Shown: piece after piece, positions 26,680 to 40,100 of the stretch
Layout: the number at the start of each line of letters is the position of its first letter
Position numbering within the stretch: the first letter of the stretch is position 1
Source: Octopus sinensis
Taxonomy: Eukaryota
Assembly: GCF_006345805.1 (NCBI RefSeq)
Contig: NC_043004.1
Coordinates: forward strand, 82,460,001-82,524,000
DNA length: 64,000 nucleotides
Direction of reading: 5' to 3'
Notes under the pieces: generated by a model
Seen by the model: the letters and a program-made list of their open reading frames with translations, nothing else
What the model was told of the DNA's origin: nothing
The model's database searches: none
Position numbers and translations under genes: made by a program

Positions 26680-28401
26680 ACATTTTATTCTTTTACTTGG
26701 CTCGGCTATTAGACTACCGCCATGCAGAGGCCTTGAATGTTTCGTCAAGTGAATCAACGTCAGCACTTATATTTTTCGAAATCCGGGTACCTAATCTCTC
26801 CGTTCCGCTTTGCCGAACCGTTTATTTTACGGTGTCGTAAACACAGCAAAATCGGGGTTGTCGAGTGATGGTGGCTGGGACAAACACAGACACTCAGATA
26901 CATACATACGTACATACATGCATACATACATACATACATACATACATACATACATACATACATACATACATACATGCGTAATAGATACATAAATACATAC
27001 ATAATACATATATTTCATCGGCTAAGTATTTTCAACGTAATGTTTGGAGGTGTAACGAAAAGGAAGATCCTTTATGCGTTGAAAAAACTCACTAAATCTA
27101 TTTAAGATATGAGATACCCTTATTAGTGTTCTCAGTGAAAATATAGCTGGTACGGTTTAAATTTCGGAAGAAGTCGTACAACTGAAACAGGAACTTAAAA
27201 ATTGTTTCCAAATGTATTTTTGGAAGGATTAGGCTGTTGCACTAAAACGATAGCGAGGAACGTGGTAAAAGAAAAGCCAACGCCTGTTTTGAAGCTCAAA
27301 CGGAATGTGCCATTTGCGGCGATGGACTAGATCAATAAAGAGCATGATAGAGTAGAATTTCTAGCTATAATTGGAAAAGACGGTCATTCATACTAGGCAA
27401 CTGCGACAGTCTGTACAAGGAAGAAAATGTACTAAAACAAGAGTGTATACGGACGTTTCAACTGGATTAGAGAAATATTTACCCGAACACAGCTCTCCAT
27501 TACCATGCCAGACGAAGTGTTCTGAAAGCTAAATGGAGGAAAATTTTTTCTCGAAAATAGTCTTACTACTATTACGACCAACAGTCACTGCTGCTACTGC
27601 CATTTCGGCCACTGGTCATTTCCTTATTTTATTCGAACACATAAGACAGCTATTATGCTTCCTCCCGACAAAAAAGAACATCACGTGAATTATTTTGAGA
27701 CCAGTAAGAAACAATTATGAACTTTTTTATTACACTTAACTTTTTAAAATATTTTTGATAAGGTTCATTTTTCAAGAAGAACCGAAGCATGTAAAATTTC
27801 TAAGAAAATTAAATCTTATCTTATATAGTGGCGTTTTCAAACTTCTTTTTTATAAATATTTACCCACTCGTATACGCCCTACACTTATGATAAATATATA
27901 TATATATATATATGTAGATAGATATATGAATTATTTGCGTAATGAGATTAAAAAAAAACAAGCCTGAATAGATATTAGAGCATTTATAGATAGAATGTCT
28001 TACAGCTGTTTCTAGAATATTAATTAATAATAATATCCTTTTATCCATGGGCTATAACGAACTGGGATAACGGCATTTATCTGAATGGGATATTTGTTGG
28101 TTGCCGAGTCCAATACGTGCAATACGAGAAAACGAGTCGAATACTTCACTTCACAATAGTACCTGATTGATAATTTACGGTATCGACCCTGAAGGGAGCA
28201 AAGTAAAATCGAAGTGATTGTCATTTCAAATGAGAAATTACAAAGGAAGAAGAAATAGAGCTAAGTAATTTGTACGACGCCCCATCGTCGCCGACTTCGA
28301 AAGAATTTAATAGGACCAATAATGAAGAAATGAATGCGTTTCTCCATCTTGGTTTGAGTTGAATATTGCTGACAATGCTAAATATGCAAGAGTTTACTTA
28401 C

Positions 28402-29400
28402 CTTGTTATACAGTATTATGCCTCCATGGAAATACCTGAGCATTGCAAATGTGCTGCCAAGCAAGAAGCATACCATAAAAGCTATCTCCTCTATCTCCAG
28501 TAGATCATTTAGTGTTCCATATATCGTACAAAAAATACCGCATGGGACATAGAATATGACTGTTGCTAACTGGAGCTGAAATTTTTCACTGACCAGTTCG
28601 AGTAGTTTACAAATTATTCGATGTTTTTGTGATATCTCGGCTATCAAACGACTTTTAGCTTTCCATTTATTTATAGAATTTCCATGTTTTATATCGTGCA
28701 TATGTTTCGGAAAGCCTTCATTAAGTTTATCGAACTCCTGTTTCACGATCTCCGTAAGGAAAAGAGGGACTATATTCTCGTTATAACGCATTAAAAGAAG
28801 TGATAATATCAGCATATAAGTTGTTATTAGAATTGGTAGGAAAAGGTAGTCAGAAGCTTTCGCTGGGAAAGAGAAGATCTGTAGAAAATATACATCTTTA
28901 ATAAAAAACGGTAAAATGACGGTATAGCTAAATTTTAAAATGCAATTTACCATGAGAAGAACCAGACTCTTTCGTTTATGCTTATTCCACAGCTTAGAAT
29001 ACATTTTTAGGCGATCAGCTGGTAACTGGTAATTAATAAAATAGGTTGTTTTCTCAAATTGGTCAGGACATTGTGTTGAAAAATATATACAGTATAACAG
29101 GTGAAAAAATCTTAAAAAAGAAATAAAGACAGATGCAATAAACAAACCAAACTTCTTTGATGAATTAATCGTCCCAATGAATACAAAATATCGCAGAGCG
29201 TCAGCCAATATCATAGCATAGAGTAAACAATAAGATATATATGAAATGCGATCGAATAATCCAAAGGAATTCCAAGTATTTCGTGTCATTTTCATGCGGC
29301 GTAGAGGGAAGTAATCAGGTGGCTTTAAGGAATGAATAAAATCATAAAGGTTACATTCTTTTGTACGTCCTTTCTTCTCATCTGAAGTCGAAGACAACAT
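28402..29400 (-). CDS. GRL copy E, long first coding exon (333 codons)
   Basis: Intact ORF, about 86% identical to C by manual count. AAG|GTAAGT donor at 28401. Confidence 0.8.
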
Positions 29401-29419
29401 TTTTCCTTATCGGAAAAAA

Positions 29420-29630
29420 GGCGGCGAGCCGGCAGAAAAGATAGTATGCCGGGCGAAATGCTTAGCAGTATTTCGTCTGCTGTTACGTTCTGAGTTCAAA
29501 TTCCGCCAAGGTTGACTTTGCGTTTCATCCGTTCCGTGTCTATAAATTAAGTATCACTTGCGTACTGGTGTCGATCTAATCTACTGGTCGCCTCCCCCAA
29601 ATTTCGAGCCTTGTGCCAAGAGTAGAATAA
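29420..29630 (+). mobile_element. Single tRNA-derived SINE upstream of GRL E
   Basis: GGCGGCGAGCCGGCAGAA head and GTTCAAATTCC; starts about 19 bp from the ATG. Confidence 0.75.
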
Positions 29631-30130
29631 ATAAAATATGAGTAAAAATCTTAAGACAATATTTAAAAAAAATACTGAATGATCTTAAGTGCTGGCAAAT
29701 TTCATATATGTGCGTGTGTGTGTGCGTGCGATTTGCGAATTTTTGATTTCAATAGATTTTAAATGATATCTTTAGTTTTACTGTCTTCAAAGGTAACGCA
29801 TCCGATGATCTCACCCTGTGACTGTTTAAATTTATCAAGGTTAGCTAATTGAATTTGGTGAAGTTAAGAGGTATGTAAATTAAATAAGTATTGCCTTTCA
29901 ATTATGAAGAATTAGTTAACGAGATGAGTTATATAACAATAGGCGTTGTCTCTTACTGTTGTCATCGTTGTTATTAGGCAAACTTAATTTGAGTAAATGC
30001 GTAATGAATTGTTATTGATTAAGACTTACAAAATGACTTGGCTTTTACTGGACGGTATTGATATTTCCAGTCTACCTTACAAGCCATCAACTTCGATACT
30101 CTTCTTGCATTGAAATATATATATACACAC

Positions 30131-30177
<47 letters not shown>

Positions 30178-30178
30178 C

Positions 30179-30845
30179 ACTAGCACTATGACCCGACGTT
30201 GTCGGGTCTAGTGCTGGTGAATCATATTTTGTCTTTCATGAAAATCCCTTTCTCTTGTCATTCAGTTGGTCTAACTCGTTAACAATTCCCCGCATTTCTC
30301 AAACCAAAAAAGCTTGCATGTTTGAAAGCCAAAACACATGTTAACGCGTCTTCGCAAAACACAAAGATGCGCAGGTGTAAAATTATCTCCGTCCAATCAA
30401 AAAACAGACATGTTGCCATTTATAGGTATAGAGATTTTTAGGCAAGCGTTTAGAAATTCTCTGGGAAACTGTAAAATTCAGAAATCCGGGACAGTTCTGG
30501 TCCTAAATTGGATAAATTGGTCTGGTACAATATTGAAGTGTGATACATAACAAATGGAAGGAAATGCAGAGTTTTAAAGAGTTATTTCCCTCACTATGGT
30601 TTAAAATCATTAGAATAAACAGCTGGATTAAGTGAGTTACGTCCCTTAAAGACTTTTGTTACCTGAAACATAAGGGGTCGGTTTAGGGATTTTTTGTAGT
30701 GGCTTTCAGGGGTCACTAGGAAATGAAAAGATCTTCACAACCACCCTTGGACGGTTTTGCCTGACCATAGTAAGTGCGGGCCCTCTAACTGAAAAATTGT
30801 GGATTTGTATAAAGAACACACACACACACATTTTGCCGTTAATAT
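30179..30845 (+). mobile_element. Non-autonomous Helitron/Helentron-like element
   Basis: Starts ACTAGCAC with a 5' subterminal hairpin (GACCCGAC-GTT-GTCGGGTC). Ends in an (AC)n tract then TTTTGCCGTTAATATA, inserted in TA-rich DNA. Confidence 0.5.
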
Positions 30846-30849
30846 ATAT

Positions 30850-31247
30850 ACTAGCAGTATCGCCCGGCGTTGCTCGGGTTTGTAAGGGAAATAACTATAT
30901 AAGCATTTTTAGAGAGTTATAGCCAAAAAGTAGCAAAAAAATGCATTAAAAATGGAAAAAAATTAAGGTAATTTTTTTTTTAAATCGTTGACACATCGTA
31001 GATATTTTTAGAGAGTTACTTCCCTTATATAATAGCGAAAAAATGCATTAAAATGGAAAAATATGATGGTAATTTTTTTTTAAATCGTAGACTAATCGTA
31101 GACGCGCGCTAATACCCAGAAGGGCTCGATATGACTCACGACTTTAAGATACCCGCTTTTGGTGAAATTGTACCGCAAAATGTGGGAGTAGTTACGAATC
31201 TAAATCGTAGGAGACAGACACACAACTTCAGTTTTATATATAAAGAT
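30850..31247 (+). mobile_element. Non-autonomous Helitron/Helentron-like element (family Y)
   Basis: ACTAGCAGTATCGCCCGGCGTTGCTCGGG...GACAGACACACAACTTCA...AAAGAT. Other copies at 46755-47151 and 57985-58383. Confidence 0.6.
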
Positions 31248-31358
31248 ATAAGCCACGTAGTTATATACACATACTTTGTTATATACACATTCTTAAAAGA
31301 AAATGTTATTTTGAACACAACATTTATAAAGAATAAAATATTTTTTGGTTTTTCTTAA

Positions 31359-32010
31359 CCCTTTCGTTACTATATTTCTGACCAAAATACACCCCTTATG
31401 TGTTTCAATTATTTTCTAACGTAATCATAAATTTAGTCTGGTTTCATTAAACAACTATAACTTTTTTATTTATCAATATATTAACATGAATTTTGGAAGT
31501 TAATTTAATGAAATGTTCTCAACCAATTCTATACTATAATTCTTGTCACAAAGTGACTCTAATTGCAGGTAGATACAGGTAAATTCAACAATATATAAAA
31601 TTATTAAAATTTTGTTCAAACATCGCTATAGAAAATGGGTTATTAGCTAATATTCAGTTGGGTATACAACAAAATTTTACGATAGAATTTGTTATTCTGG
31701 GTAACTTTCTGATACCAATAATAATATTTATGGCAAAATAGGCCTTAATTTCATTTAAGGTTGTGGGAAATAACAAACTATCCTTTCTTTCGTTTTGTTT
31801 ACATTTTAGCGTAACAGTTCGTTTCCGCCGTAATGATTTCAAATGGGCTCATTCGAAAAAGTAAAAAGAAATAGTCTAAGGCTTTACTCTTCTGGGAAAG
31901 TCTGTGGCTTGGTCCAGTTTCTTCAGAAAAATCACCGAAAGAAACAGTTTTTAAATTTTCACTCCATTCAGGTGCCAATTCATTTTCTTTATCGCTGTCG
32001 GATTCACTGT
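31359..32010 (-). mobile_element. piggyBac (PGBD4-like) 3' half, internally deleted
   Basis: TTAA at 31355-58 followed by CCCTTTCGTTAC. Minus frames read SESDSDKENELAPEWSENLKTVSFGDFSEETGP...LDYFFLLF...ETNCYAK and FPTTLNEIKAYFAINIIIGIRKLPRI, typical of the piggyBac transposase N-terminal region. Confidence 0.8.
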
Positions 32011-32287
32011 TTTCACTTTAATCGTTGCAAACTTGCAAAGAGAAAGGAGAAATTATGGTGATAGCGTGTAGCCCACACTAAGAAAAGCATTTGACATACA
32101 CACCACAATGTGAGTTTTCTCTAAATTTTGCTTAATTGGGGTTGAAATTTTAAAAACTGGACCTGGCACGACCCGATGCATTCTACTCTTAAAAATGCTA
32201 GGTAAATTGTAATTGAAGAAATCCTATATTGTAGATTTCTATAAGAGACAAAGGGAGGCAGATAAAATCTGCCTTTTATAATAAGAT
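32005..32287 (+). mobile_element. 3' part of a dispersed Helitron-like repeat (family X)
   Basis: Homologous to 48100-48428. Ends in the hairpin GGCAGATAAAATCTGCC followed by TTTTATAATAAGAT. Confidence 0.55.
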
Positions 32288-32341
32288 ATAATAAGATATA
32301 TATATATATACGCGAGAAAGAAGCAACAAGAATGGGTAGGT

Positions 32342-32432
32342 TTTTAGTACAATCGTTTCATACAAGGACAGGCTTTATTAAAAGTTGTAAAATTTACAGC
32401 ATATAAACGTGTCCCGTACTCATCAGCTAAAA
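32342..32432 (-). ncRNA. Type I hammerhead ribozyme in the 3' Penelope repeat
   Basis: Reverse complement of the motif at 35758-35848. Confidence 0.75.
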
Positions 32433-35400
32433 TACATGTGAGTTCTCTAGACATCCTAGTGGTTGAGGCTATACTCATGAAGTAATGTAGATAATTAAGT
32501 AACATAAACAGATTTCCAAAGTTCATTAAAGTTCTTTAAAGATGATGTACAGTCTTATCACAGAATTTTAAAAAAGTTCTAATAGCATCACAGAGAAGGT
32601 GACCTAATCCATAGAGCACATATGAATTTCCAGAGATATGATGAGGGATTACATACTCACAGAAGACAAATTTATCCATTGTTAATCACAACGAGGTGGG
32701 TCTCAATTCCTGCTTATTAGCATTACAGAGAGGGTGAATTAATCCTTTGTATAGATGCACAATTTCCAATGGTGTAGATGTAAGTTTCCAGAGAAATGAA
32801 GAGGAATTTCATATTCACAGGCGATAAATTTATCAATGGTTGAACACAATGAGGTAGGTATCAATTCTTGTTATATGATTAGGTATTTGCCACATTAATC
32901 ACATTACTGCTATTTACAAGAGGCTGTAGCTATTTAACTTATAAAGGCTGAAGGGCCTTCTGAAGAGGCCAAGAATAGAAAGGGAAGGGAATAGAAGAAA
33001 AGAGAGAAAATAAGGGAGGAGGGAGCAAAAAAAGGGGGGGGGGGAGGGGACTAAAAGAGAAGAGAAAAGGAAAAAGAGAATAAGAAGAAGAAACAGAAAA
33101 AAGAGAAAAGAGAAAGAAATAGGGAAAGAAGGGAAAAAAATAAAAATAAAAAAGAGGGTTCTAGTTATCCAGAAGAATTAGTAGACGGCAAGTCTGGTTT
33201 TAATTTACAGGCATCTAGGAACTAGAGGAGAATATTATTCTTTGGCCAGTAAAACAGTTAATTTATTGCTGTTGAAATCAGCTATGAATTTAAAGAGAAT
33301 CTAAAGAGATAACACAGTCAGGGGTTTAGGGGTCAGATGCTAAAATCAAAAGAAAATACATTAGGAAAATCTAAGTATAATCTTATCAAAAAGTCAATAA
33401 AACTTACTTATTTAATTTATTCATTTTATTGTCTTAAGGAGTTGCCGTTATTATTCATACATTGACGGACTACAGGTCAAATCTTAGAAGATCATTTACA
33501 AGGTGTTAGGGGATTGTCTATCATAATGAAGATAATCATATTATCACCGAGGGGGTAGCCTTATTTATTTAATTTTGAAATAGAATTATGGGGCTATAGT
33601 ATCTCATTTTATTTTATTAGAGTTATGCTACTTAAATTAGATTAAGTTAGGAATTAAATTAAAATTACAATTAAGATTTAAAATTAAGAATTTAAAAGAT
33701 TATGAGTTTGAAATTAGATAAAGCCTAAATTAAGCAGCGTATAAGTACTATTCATTTCCCTGTTCTCAAAAAACTGATGCAGATATAAGGAAAAAGATAA
33801 CTGTGGTGTGAGAACTCTTAGTTATCTACTTAAAGCAGTGCTATACTAGTAGAAATCAAGTTATATCTATCTATCTAGTTACGGATATTCTAATCATTTA
33901 AAATATTTTAAAGTCTTCAATTTAGCATGGACACAAACTTGACCTAGTTCGATATGATTATTCAATAAGTTTCTATGTTTTCTATGCTTTAGAATTTCAT
34001 ACGTCTCCATGGAGCATAGTTGGCAACCAACCCTACTATTTTTATACGGAATTGCTCTCCTAACTATTTCCCAATTAAGGTTATAATTTTTATTATTATT
34101 TTTGAGTTCCCAGATTTTGTTTGAAAGTGTGGTGGTACCAGCTTTATGACGTAAGTTAAAAGACGAGATGTGATTTCTAACTCTGGCTAGAAAATTAATT
34201 GTACATCCAACGTAAAGATATTTGTTATTCTCCGTGGATATGGTACATTTATAGATTACATTATTTTCCCCACATAGACCAGGTGCCGGGCATTTTGATT
34301 TTATTCTACACTTACACACAGGAGGAGCAACTTCAGGATTTGGATTATTCTTGGGTAGATGTCTTAGGTTCCTATTATTTTGATTATCATTTCTATAGTT
34401 GGTGCTGATATCTAAAGTATTGCTATTATTTATTGATCCTTCAGCTTCATCATTTAGGTTTAAAGTCCTACCATGATTTCTTATATTATTGGTAATGTTA
34501 CTATTATTGTTAGTCTTTTTTTCCGACTGCATATTGCTGTTATAAATATCACTGATATTTTCATTCTCCTTATTTTCTCCATTAGCCTTATATCTATTAT
34601 TTCTATTATTAACATTATTACTTCTATTAATATCGGCATTGTTATTATTACTATTAATGTTAATGTTATTAGTCATTCTGTGGTTACTAATTTCACCTAT
34701 GTTTTGATAGTTACTATTGTTGTTTTATTGTTGGTAGTATTATTATAATTGCTATTGGTATTCATGCTGATATTATTATTTTTATTTCTATCTTTCCTGG
34801 CTAGTTTAATGTTTTTATTATTAATCTTAGCTATTAAAGTGGACATATTTGGGAGGGTTGAATAAGAAATCCTAACTGTTTTCCTAGATATAATTCTATG
34901 ATATCTATGAGAGATAGGGAAATTTTTTTCCAGAATTACTTTGAATTTGTTCTGTATATCTGATTGTATCGCACAGTTGAAAGGGATATTCAGCCATAAT
35001 ATATCTTTTTTATTAAATTTAGGGTTCGTAGAATTACTACTATTTATCTCACCGGAGTTATTGTATTTATTACCATTATTTTTATTTTTATTTGTGTGCA
35101 TCTTAGGTTTATCTACTTCAATATTATCCGAGTTACCTATGTTCTGGTCAATGCTTCTATTTGAATTGTTGGGCCTGTGCGCTAGATTAGCGTTTACCAT
35201 TAATTTAATTCTACTTTTATTTCGGGCTTGGTCTGTATTGCTGCTTACGTGATTACTGATAACTTCATTATTAGGAATAGCAGTAATGTGATTAATGTGG
35301 CAAATACCTAATCATATAACAAGAATTGATACCTACCTCATTGTGTTCAACCATTGATAAATTTATCGCCTGTGAATATGAAATTCCTCTTCATTTCTCT

Positions 35401-35757
35401 GGAAACTTACATCTACACCATTGGAAATTGTGCATCTATACAAAGGATTAATTCACCCTCTCTGTAATGCTAATAAGCAGGAATTGAGACCCACCTCGTT
35501 GTGATTAACAATGGATAAATTTGTCTTCTGTGAGTATGTAATCCCTCATCATATCTCTGGAAATTCATATGTGCTCTATGGATTAGGTCACCTTCTCTGT
35601 GATGCTATTAGAACTTTTTTAAAATTCTGTGATAAGACTGTACATCATCTTTAAAGAACTTTAATGAACTTTGGAAATCTGTTTATGTTACTTAATTATC
35701 TACATTACTTCATGAGTATAGCCTCAACCACTAGGATGTCTAGAGAACTCACATGTA

Positions 35758-35848
35758 TTTTAGCTGATGAGTACGGGACACGTTTATATGCTGTAATTTT
35801 TACAACTTTTAATAAAGCCTGTCCTTGTATGAAACGATTGTACTAAAA
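35758..35848 (+). ncRNA. Type I hammerhead ribozyme in the inverted 5' Penelope repeat
   Basis: TTTTAG-CTGATGA-GTACGGGACA...TGTCCTTGTAT-GAAAC-GATT-GTA-CTAAAA. Stem I is 6 bp, stem II ~10 bp with a long loop, stem III 2 bp, with a GUA cleavage triplet. Confidence 0.75.
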
Positions 35849-36091
35849 ACCTATCCATTCTTGTTGCTTCTTTCTCGCTTATAATCACCCCACATTACTG
35901 TATTGTTAAAACAGTATAGTTTTTTTTGGTGCATCTAAGTTAGGTACCATATTCAAGTAAATTCATTTAAATTAACTTGAATCTTTATTGCTTTTTGTAT
36001 ATATATATATATATATATATATTGGGAAGTAAATCCAAACTTACAGGGAAAAATTAGATTTAGGATCAAATCTAATTTTATAGTATAAATA

Positions 36092-36361
36092 TATATATTA
36101 AATTAGAGATAAAACCACTATTAGGCAAATCAAACAGTAAAAATCATAAACCAATACATAGAAATATAATTAATTAATAAAAAATATATAAAATATAAAA
36201 TTCAAAATTTAAAATATAAAATATAAAATTCAAAATTTAAAACATAAATATTTTAAATTTTGAATTTTAAATTTATATATTTTTTATTAATTAATTTTAT
36301 TTCTATGTATTGGTTTATGATTTTCATTGTTTGATTTGCCTAATAGTGGTTTTATCTCTAA

Positions 36362-36372
<11 letters not shown>
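36092..36372. repeat. ~280-bp AT-rich foldback
   Basis: TTAAATTAGAGATAAAACCACTATTAGGCAAATCAAACA... pairs with ...TGTTTGATTTGCCTAATAGTGGTTTTATCTCTAATTTAA. Confidence 0.85.
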
Positions 36373-36403
<31 letters not shown>

Positions 36404-36877
36404 ATTAAATAAGGGTAGAAATTGATATTAATCAATTAAAACCAGTGACCTAGCATATTTAAAAATATCCGAAGATAAAATTTTTTTACATACAAAATTT
36501 AGAAGACTGACCACTAAAAAAAATGGACACCCTATATGCTAGATATAGACGTCAAAATCGCCATTTTCCACGAAGAATGTGTTCTCAAGAAAAAAATTCA
36601 GCAAAAAACCAAAGCGTAAAAATTAGTAAGACAAGTGAAGACATACGAAATATAAAAAAAAAACTATTACATATGTACTAATTAGTTTCACCTGTTAATA
36701 TTTACATATATGGATACGCAAACATCTGCAAGATCATCAGCACAGTCTGTCGTTTACAAAACACAATTTCCAGAACTAGATACAGAACGCTCAACCGACA
36801 TCCAGCATGTATAAAGTTCCACAAATTATATTCATGCGTATCTTTCAAATGCCTTCACTTTGGCGCGCTGAGATCGG

Positions 36878-36914
<37 letters not shown>

Positions 36915-36918
<4 letters not shown>

Positions 36919-37190
36919 TTTCTGAAGGTGACTGGTGTATCTGCTGTGAAGAAGGTCATCAAAGAATGTGGGGAGAAAGCAGTTGAGGGTAGTGCTTGGA
37001 TTACCAGGAGGCATGTGAATGCGTATAAGGCCATAGAACTGTAATGAGTCCGGTTGCAGCGCAATATGTCCAGCTGTTGCGGGCCCATTGTGTGGAGAGA
37101 TACTTAGCTTAATGGGCTGAAATGTTGTCGAAGCACGACGCTCAGCTGATAATTGGAGCCGGACGAGAGATGGAGCACTCGGTGTTTTCT
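36915..37190 (+). mobile_element. 3' end fragment of an RLE non-LTR retrotransposon, same family as the element downstream
   Basis: Direct repeat of ~40525-40710 (FLKVxGVS...KECGEK...GSAWIT...AYKA), diverged and with a short insertion. Confidence 0.75.
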
Positions 37191-40100
37191 TCTACTGCGA
37201 CCTCTGTTCCAGTGACAACCATGAAAGGATGGTGACAACCGGGATAGGACGGTGACAACCTTGAGTGTGTGGTGACGGCAGTGATAGGACTGCGGGGCGT
37301 GAGCTGCCCGCCTTGAGTCTTTGCGAGAATCAGCGCTTGTGCAGGGTCGGGTCATGCAACAATTCTAAATGGCCGTTATAAACTGGCCTGGCTGTGCAAG
37401 GACGGTGGGATAGCTCTTTGTAGCCTTTTGGAGATAGCACCCGCCTAATGTCTAGCAAACTCAGGCCAATAAGTTATCTTCCGGCTGGGCTAGGATGTGT
37501 TGCCTGGTCCACTGGGGATGTAAAACCTCTTGACTTACAACAACTACAACTGCAATAAGGATGGATTTATTGGCTAATGGCTATGATGGAAACCAGTTGG
37601 TGTGTAGTCGTTGTAGCGAGTTTTAAAGTCTGAAAGGAAGAAAGATCCATCAAACAAAGATGAAGTGTGGTTTGAAGCCCATAACTGATAATCGCTGCCG
37701 GGACTAGGGCAAACACCACAGTGTTCCACAGACCCCTACATCAGTTCCAGCTTCTGGCCGACGAATGATAAAGTGGCCTCGTGACTCTGATAAAGCGTGA
37801 TCTACAACGGACGAGGACTTGTCTGCAGCTTTCTGTACGGTCAAAGGTAATCCAAGCAGAGAAGTCCGAGTGCTTGGACTGATGATTAATGATTATGGAG
37901 TGCCGAACCTTGGTTTACGTGATCTGGCTGAAAGACTTACAGTTCCGGTGAAGGAATCTCGGAGGAGAAGATCTATCTGTGAACTTCGAAAAGACCCAAG
38001 AAGGTTAAGAGCAGTACTGCGAGAAAATACCTCCAAGGTCGAGATTTTGATACTCGTAAGAAGATCAGCAAGCAGGGTAGAGCAGAACGTCATGCCAGGA
38101 AACGGAAAGAAGCTGCAAAGGCTAGGAAGATTTTCACTGAAAATCCCTTCCGCTTTGTTAAACGGCTGTTCAAGGAGAGAACTAGTGGTGTGCTGACAGT
38201 TGAGCAGGAAGAGCTGAGAAACCATCTCAAGCGAATTTATTCTGATGCCAACACTGGAGCTGAGGTTAAGCACCAACCAGGGCTGAACAGACCCACCCCT
38301 CCAGGTGCTGGGTTTGACACTTCCATGATCAAATTTAAGAACGTTCAGGAGGTGATATGCAAAGCAAGTGCTGGCTCTGCTGGTGACCGTAATGGGGTGA
38401 CATATGCAGTGTACAAGAACTGTCCGAAGTTACTGAGGTGTTTGTGGCGATCGCTGGTTGAGATAGGGGAGCGTGGTAACTATCCTGTGTGTTGGTGTAG
38501 GGCTGATAGGATTTATACAACCAAAGAGGAAGACTCAATAACACTTGGTCAGTTTCGCCTTACTGAATGTTGAGGGAAAAGTATTCTTCATTATTTTTGC
38601 AAAGCGGCTCACCGCTTACTTGCTTGGCAATGGCTTTGTGGACACTAGTATACAGAAAGCAGGTGTCCCAGGGTTCCCAGGATGCCTTGAGCATATCTCA
38701 ATGATTTGGGCTAAGATCAAAGAGAAGAAAGCATTGGGTAAGGAGCTGCATGTTGTATGGCTGGACCTAGCAAATGCATATGGTTCTGTGCCTCATAACA
38801 TGATACAAGTAGCCCTCATAACATGATACAAGTAGCGCTCTATCCATATACTTTGACCAGTTCATGTTTCGGTTCTCTACTGCAAAGTACACCACTGAAT
38901 AGATTGATCTAGATAGGGGAATTGCAATGGGTTGTGCCATCTCCCCAATCCTCTTTGTGATGGTTATGGAGGTCATAGTGAGGAGCTTAAAGCCTGAGCA
39001 CAGGTTCAACGAAGGTGAAGTAAAACTGAGGGCGTTCTTGGAGGTTCTCACCATTGTGCAGGATAATATCAACGTTGCCAGAGACGCTTTGAATAGATTG
39101 TCTGAACTGATCAGCTGGAGTCAGATGGCCTTTAAACCAAAGATGCAGATCCCTTTCACTGAAAGGTGGATCGCTCATGAATTTGGTCTTCAGCATCGGT
39201 AGAGAGCAAATACCAACTGTTCGTGAGCAAAGTGTCAAAAGCCTGGGAAGATGGTAGAGTCTTCTCCTTACATACAGGCATAAAGGTGTTGAACTGCAGA
39301 AGCAGGCAGAAATAGTGTTGACAAGCATTGATCAAGCGAGTTTGCCAGGCAAGTTCAAGGTGTGGTGCATGCATTTTGGGTTGCTCCCAAGACTGCTGTG
39401 GCCCATAACACTGTATAATGTTTCTCTAACAAGGATTGAGACAATTGAACGTAAGATCAATAAGATGGTAAGGAAGTGGCTGGGCTTTTCGAAGTGCCTT
39501 TCAGCTATCGCCCTTTATGGCAACCGGGGTGTGCTCCAGTTGCCTCTGACATCACTAGCGGAGGAGTAAAAGGTCTCCAAGATGCCTCTGCAATCGATGC
39601 TGTCTGAGTCAAGGGACACTGTAATCCAGGACAATCCACCAGATTTGAACACTGGTAGGAAATGGAAGGTCACTGAGTCGATACAGAAGCTTGATGAGAT
39701 GACCCAGCCTGCTGAAGTGCATGGAGTGAGGATAGATGGCAGGGCTGGTGTGGAGCTTCTCAAGAGAGAGCGGTTCTTGTCTGAGCCAAGAGAACAAGAA
39801 CAGCGGAAGCTACGGGAACAACAAGTAAGGCAGCTGGAAGATGAGAGGCATCTGGGTCACGCAGCGTAAAAAGCACAGCAGGGTCAGTGGCTGAATGGAG
39901 ATGATGTCGAAAAGCTGCAGTTGAAGTGTTACGATTGGTGGCGGCTGAGTGCAGAGCTTTTAAAAGCTCTGATCCAGATTGCGTACGATGTGCCTCCGTC
40001 TCTAGCAAATCTCAAAAAATGGGGTGTCAAAGAGAGTGCACAGTGCCATTTGTGTGGGAAGTATGGCAGCCTCAAACATATGCTGTCAGCTTGCGAAAAA

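Larger units (their letters stand above)
32312..35878 (-). mobile_element. RT-less Penelope-like element with 603-bp inverted terminal repeats
   Basis: Arms 32312-32914 and 35276-35878 are near-identical inverted repeats. Internal minus ORFs 34697-35200 (WLNIPF...VRISYSTLPNM) and 33894-34676 (CKCRIKSKCP...VIYKC...YVGCT...H...LSNKIWELK...CQLC) encode a linker and GIY-YIG domain, separated by a frameshift. Confidence 0.85.
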
